DNA of 41,188 nt from Clostridia bacterium (GTDB lineage Bacteria; Bacillota; Clostridia; Oscillospirales; CAG-272), in contig JAFVYW010000153.1 in NCBI GenBank assembly GCA_017508465.1, forward strand, positions 1 through 41,188, read 5' to 3'. The translations under genes were made by a program, and so were the position numbers. This document shows, in pieces, positions 9,079 to 18,304 of this stretch (position 1 is its first letter; each line of letters starts with the position of its first letter). The notes under the pieces are model-generated. The model ran no database searches. It was not told where the DNA came from and was given only the letters and a program-made list of their open reading frames with translations.

Positions 9079-9972
9079 TTAAGTATAATGCACATACTTC
9101 TTGCTGACAAGCAAGTTGATGGCGGTAATGGTGAGGACAATCATAAAGAGAACGATGGCCGCCGCGGACGCGAACGAGGGATAACCACCGCTGTTGCCGT
9201 AAAGCATATCATATACATAGCCGACAAGGGTATTCATGCCCGCGGCATTAAGGTCTGTGCCAAAGAGGGCGACCGAGTCGCTGTATGCTTTGAATGCGCC
9301 GATAAAACCCGTGATGACAAGATAGAAAATCATCGGGGAAATCATCGGGAGCGTGATACGCGAGAACATACGCCACCTCGATGCGCCATCGAGCTTTGCC
9401 GCCTGATAATAGTCCTCCTTGACCGAGGCGAGGGCGCTGGTCAGGATTAAAATCTTAAAGGGCATGACAATCCAGATGGTATAAAAGCAAAGCACGAACA
9501 TCTTCGCCGCATACGGACCATCAATAAAGTCCACAGGACCTTGACCGAACCAGGAGAGCAGGAGATTGATGAGACCGTCGGAATAGGGCGTTCTCTTGAA
9601 GAGTATCATGAACACAAGACCGACTGCCAGGGTGTTCGTTACATAAGGCAGAAAGTAGATGGTCTGGAACAGCTTGCGAAGCGCTTTGATTTTTGAGAGC
9701 CCGAGAGAAATCAGAAGAGCGATGCCCGTCGAGAGGGGAACGGTAATGGCAACCAGAATCAAGGTGTTCTTCAGGGCGGAGAGAAAATAAGGGTCACGAA
9801 GGACATAGGCATAGTTGTAGAAGCCAACACCCAGATGTTCGCCCGAGGCAAAGTTGTACCCTTCCTCGAAGGAATAAATGAGTACATCAATGAGGGGGTA
9901 CACCATAAAGACACCAAGAAAAAGTATGGCAGGTAAGAGATAAAGCCATCCTTTCAGTTTTTTAAGTTTCAT
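9079..9972 (-). CDS. Carbohydrate ABC transporter permease (MalF/UgpA type)
   Basis: LYLLPA, VGFYNY, ALKNT, FLPYVT, EAA-loop variant YYQAAKLDGASRW, and ITLPMISP. Confidence 0.93.
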   Translation of the reverse strand: MKLKKLKGWLYLLPAILFLGVFMVYPLIDVLIYSFEEGYNFASGEHLGVGFYNYAYVLRDPYFLSALKNTLILVAITVPLSTGIALLISLGLSKIKALRKLFQTIYFLPYVTNTLAVGLVFMILFKRTPYSDGLINLLLSWFGQGPVDFIDGPYAAKMFVLCFYTIWIVMPFKILILTSALASVKEDYYQAAKLDGASRWRMFSRITLPMISPMIFYLVITGFIGAFKAYSDSVALFGTDLNAAGMNTLVGYVYDMLYGNSGGYPSFASAAAIVLFMIVLTITAINLLVSKKYVHYT

Positions 9973-9995
9973 AAAATCACCTCATCAGGGTTGCT

Positions 9996-10805
9996 TCATG
10001 GCTTGTCCACATGGGAAAGGTACCATGAAAAGATAGAATACAGGAGATAGGCGCCGAGGGTTACAACGAGCAAATAGGCGCATAAAAAGAGCGGGTAAGG
10101 CATATGCAGGAGGAATGGCTCCAGAAAGGAGATGTCCGATGCCTGATGCCTGGAGAGGAAAAACAGATTGAACGGAGTTATGCTTTGCTTTGTGAGAATT
10201 GGATAAAAAAGTTCGTTTAATAAGGTGGCAGACAGAGTCATGCAGGTGAAGAGCAGAAAGGTGCGAAGGAATGTGGCGGGACGGAGCCTTTGATATTCAC
10301 GGGAAAGTATGTAGACGCCTACGATAATCTGAACACCATGCTGAATCAGCGCCTGCGCATTGATAAATACATTGTGGGAAAAGACCGTGTCCGGGATGCA
10401 GTAAACACACAGACCTGCCACAAAGGAAAATGAGGCAAGAAACAAAGATGCGACATCGTGCAGTTTTCCCTTTTTTGAAAAAATTACTATCGGTAACACA
10501 TAAAGAATCATTGCGCAAAGCTGCAGAGGAATGTTTCTCCAGGAGAAAACAAAATGAAATTTACCCTCGGAATAGGGGAAACAGTAGTAAATCTGTCTGA
10601 TGAACTCAAAAATCAGGATAACAATCCAGAATAAAAACAGAATACCACGATATATCCCTTCAGGGGCTCTGCGAAAAAATCTGACGAGAATATAGGAGAT
10701 CAGAAATACAAGGCAACAGAAAAACAGGTGGAGAGCACCAAAGGCACGGGGAAGCGGCTCCGTTTGCTGAAGCACGGGCAGAATATGTGTCAGGAGGGCT
10801 GTCAT
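9996..10805 (-). CDS. Integral membrane protein, YwaF/TMEM164-like
   Basis: Multi-TM; FGALHL, IPLQLC, QHG and NLFFL match the family pattern as I recall it. Confidence 0.7.
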   Translation of the reverse strand: MTALLTHILPVLQQTEPLPRAFGALHLFFCCLVFLISYILVRFFRRAPEGIYRGILFLFWIVILIFEFIRQIYYCFPYSEGKFHFVFSWRNIPLQLCAMILYVLPIVIFSKKGKLHDVASLFLASFSFVAGLCVYCIPDTVFSHNVFINAQALIQHGVQIIVGVYILSREYQRLRPATFLRTFLLFTCMTLSATLLNELFYPILTKQSITPFNLFFLSRHQASDISFLEPFLLHMPYPLFLCAYLLVVTLGAYLLYSIFSWYLSHVDKP

Positions 10806-10806
10806 T

Positions 10807-11466
10807 TTAAAGGTTCGGTTTGAGGGATTGGGAGAGCAAAAATTCGACTACCCGTGTATCCTCATAGGCGTTCACCCAGCTGTGATGACCGACGCCATCA
10901 AAGATGGTGAAGCGCACATTGGCTCCATTCCTTCTCGCCCCGTTTACCATGTCGATGCTGTTCGAGATATCCACTACGGTATCTGCATTTCCATGGAACG
11001 CCCAGATTTCCTTCCCCTTCAGTGCTGTGGTACGCCAGGACATACCACCGCCGCAGACAGGGGCAAAGGCGGCGAAGGCATCCGGGAAGGTCATCGCCAT
11101 CTCCCATGTGCCAAAGCCACCCATCGAAAGACCGGTGATTGTCATACGATTCTTATCAACACGATATGTTTCCGCCACGCGATCCACAAGCGCCTTAAGA
11201 TCGAATACCCTCTGGTTCCATACCTGCTCCAGCGGGCATTGAGGACAAAGGGCAATCGCCTCGAAGTTCAGCGTACCCTCCGAGAGATAGCGTGCGACAC
11301 CGTGTACATTGACGCGTTCCAGGTCACTATCACCGTCACCACGCTCTCCTGCACCATGCAGGCAGAGAATCATCGGGTACTCTTTTTCTTCGCTGTAATT
11401 GTCAGGAAGATACAAAATGTAACCAAAAGTTTGCGAATTTTCGATTTTGACATCAATTCTTTTCAT
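10807..11466 (-). CDS. Alpha/beta hydrolase (phospholipase/carboxylesterase or prolyl-oligopeptidase-like)
   Basis: LHGAGERG, nucleophile GLSMGG, FHGNADTVV (Asp) and GVGHHSW (His). Confidence 0.88.
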   Translation of the reverse strand: MKRIDVKIENSQTFGYILYLPDNYSEEKEYPMILCLHGAGERGDGDSDLERVNVHGVARYLSEGTLNFEAIALCPQCPLEQVWNQRVFDLKALVDRVAETYRVDKNRMTITGLSMGGFGTWEMAMTFPDAFAAFAPVCGGGMSWRTTALKGKEIWAFHGNADTVVDISNSIDMVNGARRNGANVRFTIFDGVGHHSWVNAYEDTRVVEFLLSQSLKPNL

Positions 11467-11478
11467 GATTCCTTCCCC

Positions 11479-12096
11479 TTATCTGATAAAATTCGTTCTT
11501 TTACGCGCTTCCCGCACAGGTGTGCCATAAGCCTCTTTTCCAAGGCGAATACTCTTGATCAGGAAAGCGGCGTTGCGAGCGAGGGTACGCATATTCTGCA
11601 TTCCTTCTTCGTCGGCTGACGCTTCCCCGGGAAGCATACCGTGGACGCTGTTCCAGTATTGTCCCGATACGACGGGCATGCCGCTGATGGTAAAATATTT
11701 ATTGAGCTCATCGAAGGTGGCAGATGTACCGCCGCGGCGTGCCACCGTTATGGCAAAGCCAACCTTCATTTCTTTGGAATAGGGCGTCGAGTAGAAGAGA
11801 CGGTCGAGCAGGGCAATCAGGGTTGCATTTGCGGATGCATAATATACAGGCGAGCCGACAACGAGACCATCGCACTCACGGAAAATGGGAGCGAGCGTGT
11901 TGACAATATCGTCAAAAACGCATTTTTCAAGCTCGCCGCAGCGGCCGCATGCGATACAACCGCGCACGGCAAGATGACCGACATCGAAGTATTCGACTTC
12001 TATCCCCTCCTCAACAAAGGTCTTTCTGACCTCTGAAAGAGCGAGCGCTGTGTTTCCGTTTTTTCTTGGACTTCCGTTTAAGATGAGTACCTTCAT
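11479..12096 (-). CDS. Flavodoxin-family iron-sulfur flavoprotein / NADPH-dependent FMN reductase
   Basis: NGSPRKNGNT, CIACGRC...C and GSPVYY; start moved to the ATG at 12096 because a GGAGG RBS precedes it. Confidence 0.9.
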   Translation of the reverse strand: MKVLILNGSPRKNGNTALALSEVRKTFVEEGIEVEYFDVGHLAVRGCIACGRCGELEKCVFDDIVNTLAPIFRECDGLVVGSPVYYASANATLIALLDRLFYSTPYSKEMKVGFAITVARRGGTSATFDELNKYFTISGMPVVSGQYWNSVHGMLPGEASADEEGMQNMRTLARNAAFLIKSIRLGKEAYGTPVREARKRTNFIR

Positions 12097-12146
12097 ATAC
12101 TGACCTCCTCGGGTATTTTGTCTGGGCACTATTCCTTATTATATGT

Positions 12147-12265
12147 ATTATAGCACGCGTGCGCGCTTTTTTCAATGGATAATTTTATTTTTTTGAAAAA
12201 CAAAAGTTAATTTTCGGAAAATAAAAGGAATTTCTATTGTTTTTTCCTTGTTTTTATGATATAAT
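12147..12265. promoter_or_regulatory. Divergent promoter region
   Basis: Minus strand TTGAAA(12175-12170)-17 bp-TATAAT(12152-12147); plus strand extended -10 TGATATAAT ending at 12265. Confidence 0.6.
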
Positions 12266-12292
12266 GGTGAAAACATCTGAAAGGAGGAGAAT

Positions 12293-13807
12293 ATGCACAT
12301 TTTAAAAGAAAAGTGGCGTGAAGCGCTCGCTTCCGTTCTGCCTGTAAGTGCCATCGTGCTGCTGCTCTCAATTACCATCGCGCCGATGAGCCTTTCGGTT
12401 TTTCTCTCCTTCCTCTTCGGATCGGTATTCCTCGTCTTTGGTATGGGACTTTTCTCCCTTGGCGCAGATACGGCGATGATGCCTATGGGCGAATATGTTG
12501 GCGCCTCTTTGACGAAAATGAAGAAGATTTTCCTTCTGATTCCTCTTTCCTTTTTTGTCGGCGTTCTCATTACCGTTTCCGAGCCTGATTTGCAGGTGCT
12601 TTCGCAATATGCTCCTTCAATAGACTCCACCATCCTGATCTGGTCGGTGGGTATCGGCGTCGGTGTGTTCCTTGTGCTTGCGATGCTGCGTATCCTGTTT
12701 AATATCAAGCTACGCACCCTTCTTCTCACATCCTACCTTCTCGCTTTTGGTATGGCGTTCTTTGTCAATCCGGACTTCTGGCCGATTGCCTTCGATGCAG
12801 GTGGCGTTACCACAGGACCGATGACCGTCCCCTTCATCATGGCGCTTGGTACCGGTGTCAGCGCCATCCGTTCAGATAGTGACAACGCGGCGGACAGCTT
12901 TGGTCTTGTCTCTCTTTGCTCCGTCGGACCTATCATTGCCGTTCTCTTCCTCGGACTTATCCTGGAGCCCGAAGGCGCATTCGTTCCCATCACCACGCCT
13001 GTGGTCGAGGAATCCCGTGCGCTTGCGTTGGCGTTCTTCCATGCGGTTCCGCATACGATGCTGGAAGTGCTTCGCGCCCTTCTTCCCATCACCGCCTTCT
13101 TCCTTATATATCAGCTTTTTGTCAGTCGTCTGCCCATAAAGCATCTTGGAAAAATCCTCATCGGTGTAATATACACCTTTGTCGGTCTTACCCTTTTCCT
13201 TACAGGCGCAAATGTCGGCTTCATGCCCGCAGGCTACGCCTTGGGAGAAATTCTCGGTGCGACGAGCTTCAGATATCTCATGATACCTATCGGCATGCTG
13301 ATTGGTTACTTTATCGTAGCCGCCGAGCCTGCCGTCCAGGTTCTGCAAAAGCAGGTTGAGGATATTACCTCGGGTACGATACCACGCCGTGCGCTCGGTA
13401 TCACCCTCGGTATCGGTGTTGCTATTTCTGTCGGACTTGCCATGACGCGTGTGCTGACAGGGATATCGATTATGTATTTCCTCGTCCCTGCGTATGTGAT
13501 TTCCCTTGCACTTACCTTTGTTGTTCCCGATATCTTTACATCCATCGCCTTTGATTCGGGCGGTGTTGCTTCGGGACCTATGACCGCGACATTCCTTCTC
13601 CCCTTTGCGATGGGAGCGTGTGTCAGTGTCGGTGGCACGATTGTTACCGATGCGTTCGGTGTTGTTGCGATGGTCGCGATGACGCCCTTGATTGCCATTC
13701 AGATACTCGGTCTTGTCTATAAGCTCAAGCTTCGCCATGCGCACAAGATGGCAGAAGAAAGAGAAGAGACGGTCGAGATTATCGAATTCTCCGAGGATTG
13801 GAGGTAA
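12293..13807 (+). CDS. DUF1538 membrane protein with two fused domains
   Basis: Two homologous halves: EPDLQVL...FDAGGVTTGPMTVPF and EPAVQVL...FDSGGVASGPMTATF; AGGAGG RBS. Confidence 0.9.
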   Translation: MHILKEKWREALASVLPVSAIVLLLSITIAPMSLSVFLSFLFGSVFLVFGMGLFSLGADTAMMPMGEYVGASLTKMKKIFLLIPLSFFVGVLITVSEPDLQVLSQYAPSIDSTILIWSVGIGVGVFLVLAMLRILFNIKLRTLLLTSYLLAFGMAFFVNPDFWPIAFDAGGVTTGPMTVPFIMALGTGVSAIRSDSDNAADSFGLVSLCSVGPIIAVLFLGLILEPEGAFVPITTPVVEESRALALAFFHAVPHTMLEVLRALLPITAFFLIYQLFVSRLPIKHLGKILIGVIYTFVGLTLFLTGANVGFMPAGYALGEILGATSFRYLMIPIGMLIGYFIVAAEPAVQVLQKQVEDITSGTIPRRALGITLGIGVAISVGLAMTRVLTGISIMYFLVPAYVISLALTFVVPDIFTSIAFDSGGVASGPMTATFLLPFAMGACVSVGGTIVTDAFGVVAMVAMTPLIAIQILGLVYKLKLRHAHKMAEEREETVEIIEFSEDWR

Positions 13808-13811
13808 AACC

Positions 13812-14519
13812 ATGCAGAAAATGTACTTTTTTATAACGATTGCTAATCGCGCGGATGACAAGGAATTTGTGGAATTCTTTGAGAGAGAAAATGTACAGAA
13901 CATTTATTCGACGCCTGCCCATGGTACAGCGAGCAGCTCCGTCCTCGATCTTCTCGGGCTTGCCGAGAGCGAGAAAACGGTACACATCTCTCTTCTTCTG
14001 CATGATAAGATGAAGAGCATTATCAAAGAACTGACGAGCGAAATGTGGATTGACCTTCCGGGCAGAGGTATCGCTCTCGCCATTCCTCTCTCCAGCATTG
14101 GCGGGCGCGAGACGCTCGGATATTTCAGTGGCGGAGAAAATCCCGAAACACCTAAAGAAAGTGAGGAAAAAGTTGTGGAAGCAAGACCTCAGGACAGAAA
14201 AACCGATTTGATTGTAGTCATCTGTGAAAAAGGACATACCGATCTCGTTATGGATGCTGCACGCTCCGCTGGCGCAAAAGGTGGTACGGTCACCCGTGCC
14301 AAGGGTACAGGCGCGCAGTATACCGATAAGTTCTTCGGCCTTTCCATCGCCGAAGAAAAGGAGATTATCTATATCGTTTCCTCGGGCGAGCATAAAGGAG
14401 ATATTATGACACAGATTATGACGCAGGCGGGTAGCCATACCCCAGCCCACGCTGTCGTTTTCTCCCTCCCCGTTACCGATACGGCAGGACTTCGTCTCTT
14501 CGATGAGAAGGCGGAATAA
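13812..14519 (+). CDS. PII-family regulator with two tandem PII-like domains
   Basis: VMDAARSAGAKGGTVTRAKGTG...EEKEIIYIV...VFSLPV and a first repeat AHGTAS...SEKTV...ALAIPL; ATG at 13812 after GGAGG, 4 bp after the DUF1538 stop. Confidence 0.85.
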   Translation: MQKMYFFITIANRADDKEFVEFFERENVQNIYSTPAHGTASSSVLDLLGLAESEKTVHISLLLHDKMKSIIKELTSEMWIDLPGRGIALAIPLSSIGGRETLGYFSGGENPETPKESEEKVVEARPQDRKTDLIVVICEKGHTDLVMDAARSAGAKGGTVTRAKGTGAQYTDKFFGLSIAEEKEIIYIVSSGEHKGDIMTQIMTQAGSHTPAHAVVFSLPVTDTAGLRLFDEKAE

Positions 14520-14550
14520 ATCCATATCTGTAAAAAGGATACCGATAACT

Positions 14551-14597
14551 AAAAAAACACTTGCTTCCCATGGTGGTAGCAAGTGTTTTTCTTTTTT
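14551..14597. terminator. Bidirectional terminator between convergent genes
   Basis: AAAAACACTTGCT...AGCAAGTGTTTTT stem with A-tract and T-tract flanks. Confidence 0.85.
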
Positions 14598-15404
14598 TTA
14601 CTTAAGATCCTTGCGGGAGAAGAGATGGATGCCAAGGGCAAGGCTGCCTGCGATGGTCAGGATAGGCGAAAGCAGGATATACAGGACATCCTTCGCCGTG
14701 TAAGTGACACCAGAGCCAATCAGGCTTGAAGTGAAGAAATTCAGCGCGTTGATAAATTCGACGATGCCAAACCATGAGGAGCTCTTGTCAAGAAACGCGC
14801 CTGCGGTCATGAATACCGAGCCGATAATCGAAAGACCGAAGGACAGGGCAAGATAGAGCAAAATGCAGATACCCATGTTTTTCGATAAGGTAGCGATGAA
14901 GGTGACAATTGCCGCAATCGCAAGATAGACAATCATCTCAAAGAGCAGCGAGAGCAGGAGATAGCCAAAATCCGACATCGTGAACTTCTCGCTCTGATAC
15001 GGGAAGAAGCAGAGAGAAAAGGCGAGGGTGAGAAGCGCGTGGGCGAGCATCAGGACGCACATCACGCTTGCGGAAGAAAGAAAATGCGAGAGAAAAATGA
15101 CGCCTCTGGATTTGCCCGAGATGATTTTGTTGCGTACCGTGCCATGACTGAAATCCTTGCATACGATGATGGAAATCAGAATCGGCATGACAAGACCGAG
15201 GTTATCCCCGGGAAGAAATGCGCCAAAGAACATGGATTTTGCATTCATCATTCCATCGAGGAAGTCCTCAAGCTCGAGAGCGCTGAAAAGGATTTTGTTC
15301 AGAAGTGGATTGATGAGCGCAAAAACGCCTGCCAGAATGGCGGCAATCAGAAAGAGCTTATCCTTCAGAATGCGTTTGAGGTCGGTGATGTATAAATTAC
15401 GCAT
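14598..15404 (-). CDS. ABC-2 type exporter permease
   Basis: About six TM segments, DFSHGTVRNKIISGKSR motif, ends in RKDLK; ATG at 15404 follows AGGAGG and overlaps the ATPase stop. Confidence 0.85.
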   Translation of the reverse strand: MRNLYITDLKRILKDKLFLIAAILAGVFALINPLLNKILFSALELEDFLDGMMNAKSMFFGAFLPGDNLGLVMPILISIIVCKDFSHGTVRNKIISGKSRGVIFLSHFLSSASVMCVLMLAHALLTLAFSLCFFPYQSEKFTMSDFGYLLLSLLFEMIVYLAIAAIVTFIATLSKNMGICILLYLALSFGLSIIGSVFMTAGAFLDKSSSWFGIVEFINALNFFTSSLIGSGVTYTAKDVLYILLSPILTIAGSLALGIHLFSRKDLK

Positions 15405-16320
15405 GCTTGCCACCTCCTACGAGAGATAAGTAATAGTCTTCAATGCTGGAGTGGTAGGTGTTCACGGCAGTAATCTGAATGCCCGATGCGATAATCTCAC
15501 CGAAAATCTGGTTAAGATTGACATCTCCCTCGACACATACGCCACCCTCCGTTACGGTAACGGCATCCTCGCCACAAAGGGCACAGAGCCGAGAGGCGAG
15601 AGCCTCATTGTCTGTCGCTTTGATCATTGTGGTATGTTTGCATACCTGCTCGAGCTGTTCTGCGGTTATTTCCTGGAGAATTTTACCCTTGGAGATGATG
15701 CCGTAACGCGTTGCTACGAGGGCAAGCTCGGTCAGAATGTGCGAGGAGATGAGGAAGGTGATACCGCTCTCACGGTTCAGACGCAAAATCAATTCGCGAA
15801 TCTCAACAATTCCCGCAGGGTCCAGACCATTCATCGGCTCGTCGAGAATAATAAACTCCGGCTCTCCGAGAAGAGCCATCGCAATACCGAGTCTCTGGCG
15901 CATACCAAGAGAAAAGTCGCCTGCGTGTTTTTTGCTTTCCCAAAGGTCAAAAAGACCGACCTTTGCCAATGTTTCTTTACATTTTTCTTCATCTTTGATG
16001 CCAAGAATGCTACATTGCATCTTCAGATTGTCCTGCGCGGACAGGTTCATATAAATCGATGGCGCTTCTACAATTGCACCAACACGGGCGCGCGCCTGAC
16101 GGATGTCAGGGCTGTTTCCTTTCACGCCGAAGAGCGTGAACTCGCCCTCGTCCGCATGAATCAATCCGCACACAAGTCGGATGACCGTAGTTTTGCCCGA
16201 ACCGTTTTCACCAACAAAGCCATAAATATCACCTTTTTTGATGTGCATGGTGACACCGTTCAGAACACGGTTCTTCTGATAACTTTTTGTCAGCCCTTCG
16301 GCTACAAGTACATATTCCAA
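15397..16320 (-). CDS. ABC exporter ATP-binding protein (BcrA/lantibiotic-immunity-like)
   Basis: Walker A GENGSGKTT, signature FSLGMRQRLG, Walker B ILDEPMNGLDP, and SSHIL; TTG start. Confidence 0.93.
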   Translation of the reverse strand: MEYVLVAEGLTKSYQKNRVLNGVTMHIKKGDIYGFVGENGSGKTTVIRLVCGLIHADEGEFTLFGVKGNSPDIRQARARVGAIVEAPSIYMNLSAQDNLKMQCSILGIKDEEKCKETLAKVGLFDLWESKKHAGDFSLGMRQRLGIAMALLGEPEFIILDEPMNGLDPAGIVEIRELILRLNRESGITFLISSHILTELALVATRYGIISKGKILQEITAEQLEQVCKHTTMIKATDNEALASRLCALCGEDAVTVTEGGVCVEGDVNLNQIFGEIIASGIQITAVNTYHSSIEDYYLSLVGGGKHA

Positions 16321-16562
16321 ATTCTTCTTTTCCTTTCTTGATTGTTTTTGTTACACTTAAGAGTATAGTCATTCTGCTATGAGAAATCAACATACCATTG
16401 GTTGAGATTTCTGCGCTGTGCCTGATTGCAAGCAACAAACTGCGCTTTTTGTATCTTCAGTATAGCACAAATTATGCAGAAATGCAATAGATAATTGCTA
16501 TATCTTATTTTGCAAAAATAAAGTGACGGATTTGCATCCGTCACCCAGATAGAATGCGTAAA

Positions 16563-17144
16563 TCACATTCTTCGTATAAAATCTTCGACAATATTCCGTT
16601 TGGAGCGGGGAACTGCGCTGATGTGCCTGACGAGATACAGGACGCAGGACACCGCGAGCGCAAGAAGGGATAAAACAGTGGTCGTCACACTTAAGGATTT
16701 GGGAAGGTCTGTAAAAAGCAGGTGTAAAAACAGGGTACAGAACAAAACACATCCAGTGATTTTTCCGTGGATTTTTGCCCCCTCCACGCGCGAGGTGTAG
16801 TGTATGGCAATCAGACTTGCGATGCCACATGCTGTTTCCTTGACGGCGAGAGCAATCAGGAGGATTTTCAAAATCGGGTAATAGGAAATCAGACCGAGCA
16901 ATAACAGAAAATCAGTCATTTTGTCAGCGATAGGGTCGAGCGCCTTCCCGAGACTGCTGATCTCACCAAGATGCCGCGCGAGAAAACCATCGGCAAGGTC
17001 GCTTGCCCCCGATAAGAGAAAGACTAAAATCGCAAGAGAGTGCATTCCCTCAATGAGCGCGAGATAGAGAATTGGTGCGAGAAGCATACGGTAGAGTGTC
17101 AGAATGTTCGGAAGGGTGAGAATCCCTCTTTCTTTTTCCATCAT
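16563..17144 (-). CDS. CDP-alcohol phosphatidyltransferase (PgsA-like)
   Basis: LPNILTLYR and SDLADGFLAR...S.LGKALDPIADK signature. Confidence 0.92.
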   Translation of the reverse strand: MMEKERGILTLPNILTLYRMLLAPILYLALIEGMHSLAILVFLLSGASDLADGFLARHLGEISSLGKALDPIADKMTDFLLLLGLISYYPILKILLIALAVKETACGIASLIAIHYTSRVEGAKIHGKITGCVLFCTLFLHLLFTDLPKSLSVTTTVLSLLALAVSCVLYLVRHISAVPRSKRNIVEDFIRRM

Positions 17145-17222
17145 AGAGAACTCCTTTTTTGAAAGTTTGTCCTCTCGTCATCATTTCATTCAGGAAAAAG
17201 AGGGAAAAGTTTTGCCCTGAAC

Positions 17223-17251
17223 TTGACAAGTGTATGTGCATGTGTTAAAAT
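17223..17251 (+). promoter_or_regulatory. Sigma-A promoter upstream of the Mrr-like gene
   Basis: TTGACA(17223-17228)-17 bp-TAAAAT(17246-17251) with an extended -10 TG. Confidence 0.75.
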
Positions 17252-17285
17252 AAAGTATGATAAAATATTTCAGAGGGGAGAGCAT

Positions 17286-18272
17286 ATGAAAAACGCAAGA
17301 GCCAAAGCCAAAAGCGCTATCATAACTTTTTTGAAAACGGTAACCAGCGCGACAAGACGCGAGGTTCTTGACGGCGCACTCTTGTCATTTGGTCTGTCAA
17401 AAGAAGAGCTTGAAGGAAAAAATCAAGGTGGCCGATACGGTACAGCGCGCTCCTATCTTGGTGCGACGCTCTCTGAACTTGTCCGCGTGGGTGATGTCGG
17501 CAGAGGTGGCAGAGGCTATCTGTTAGGAAAAGAAGAAGCCGTTGTGATTCGCGAGGACGAAACCGAGCGCAAGCTCCGTGTCTCTTTGAAAAGTCGCGCC
17601 CTCACTAAAAATGAGCTTGTTCGTCATCTGGAAAATATCTTTGGCACAAGAGAGACGAGAACGCGTGAGGACGACAGACTTCTTTATACCATTACAGATA
17701 CCATTCTCTCGCGCCTTGTGGCAGAGGGTGAGGTGAAGATGGAAGGAAATCGTTATGTTCTTTGCCCGAAGCCTGTCTGTCAGAATTGTCCCAAGGAATT
17801 GGACGAATTCAAGCTTGCCTTCTTTGACCTCCTTGCTGCGCGTGGTGGTCCTGCGTTTGAGAGATATGTGGCAGGCTTGCTCGAAAAGTATTATCTCATG
17901 ACAGGCAAAGAGGTGCTTTTTTCCGAAACGCTCGGAGGCAGTGACGATGGCGGGATCGATGTCCGCATTGATGTTGTCGACTCATTTGGCTTTGTCGACC
18001 ACATATTAGCGCAAGTCAAGTGTCGCAGAAAAATGCATGTGACCGAAAAAGAGGTCCGCGAATTCTATGGCGCGCTTTGCGCAAGAGGCGGTAGCCGCGG
18101 TATGTATATCACAACCTCCACCTTCCATATCGGTGCGCAGAATTTTCTCGACTCTCTCGATAATGTAGTAGGTGTTGATGGCGAAAAGCTCTTTTCTATC
18201 GCGATGCAGACACTCTATGGCATTCGTAAAAGCAAAGCAGGGTATACCTTCGACACCACAGTATTTGACTAA
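17286..18272 (+). CDS. Mrr-family (type IV-like) restriction endonuclease with two putative N-terminal winged-helix domains
   Basis: FERYVAGLL, SDDGGIDV, AQVKC, VREFYGAL, GMYITTSTF and VDGEKL match Mrr_cat; start moved to the ATG at 17286 after AGGGGAG. Confidence 0.85.
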   Translation: MKNARAKAKSAIITFLKTVTSATRREVLDGALLSFGLSKEELEGKNQGGRYGTARSYLGATLSELVRVGDVGRGGRGYLLGKEEAVVIREDETERKLRVSLKSRALTKNELVRHLENIFGTRETRTREDDRLLYTITDTILSRLVAEGEVKMEGNRYVLCPKPVCQNCPKELDEFKLAFFDLLAARGGPAFERYVAGLLEKYYLMTGKEVLFSETLGGSDDGGIDVRIDVVDSFGFVDHILAQVKCRRKMHVTEKEVREFYGALCARGGSRGMYITTSTFHIGAQNFLDSLDNVVGVDGEKLFSIAMQTLYGIRKSKAGYTFDTTVFD

Positions 18273-18304
18273 AATGTAAGTAATTGTTTACAAGGAGATG
18301 TAAA

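Noticed and set aside
14598-16320. Bacteriocin or lantibiotic biosynthesis cluster
   Set aside because: Only the ABC exporter pair is present; no precursor peptide, modification enzyme or two-component system is adjacent.
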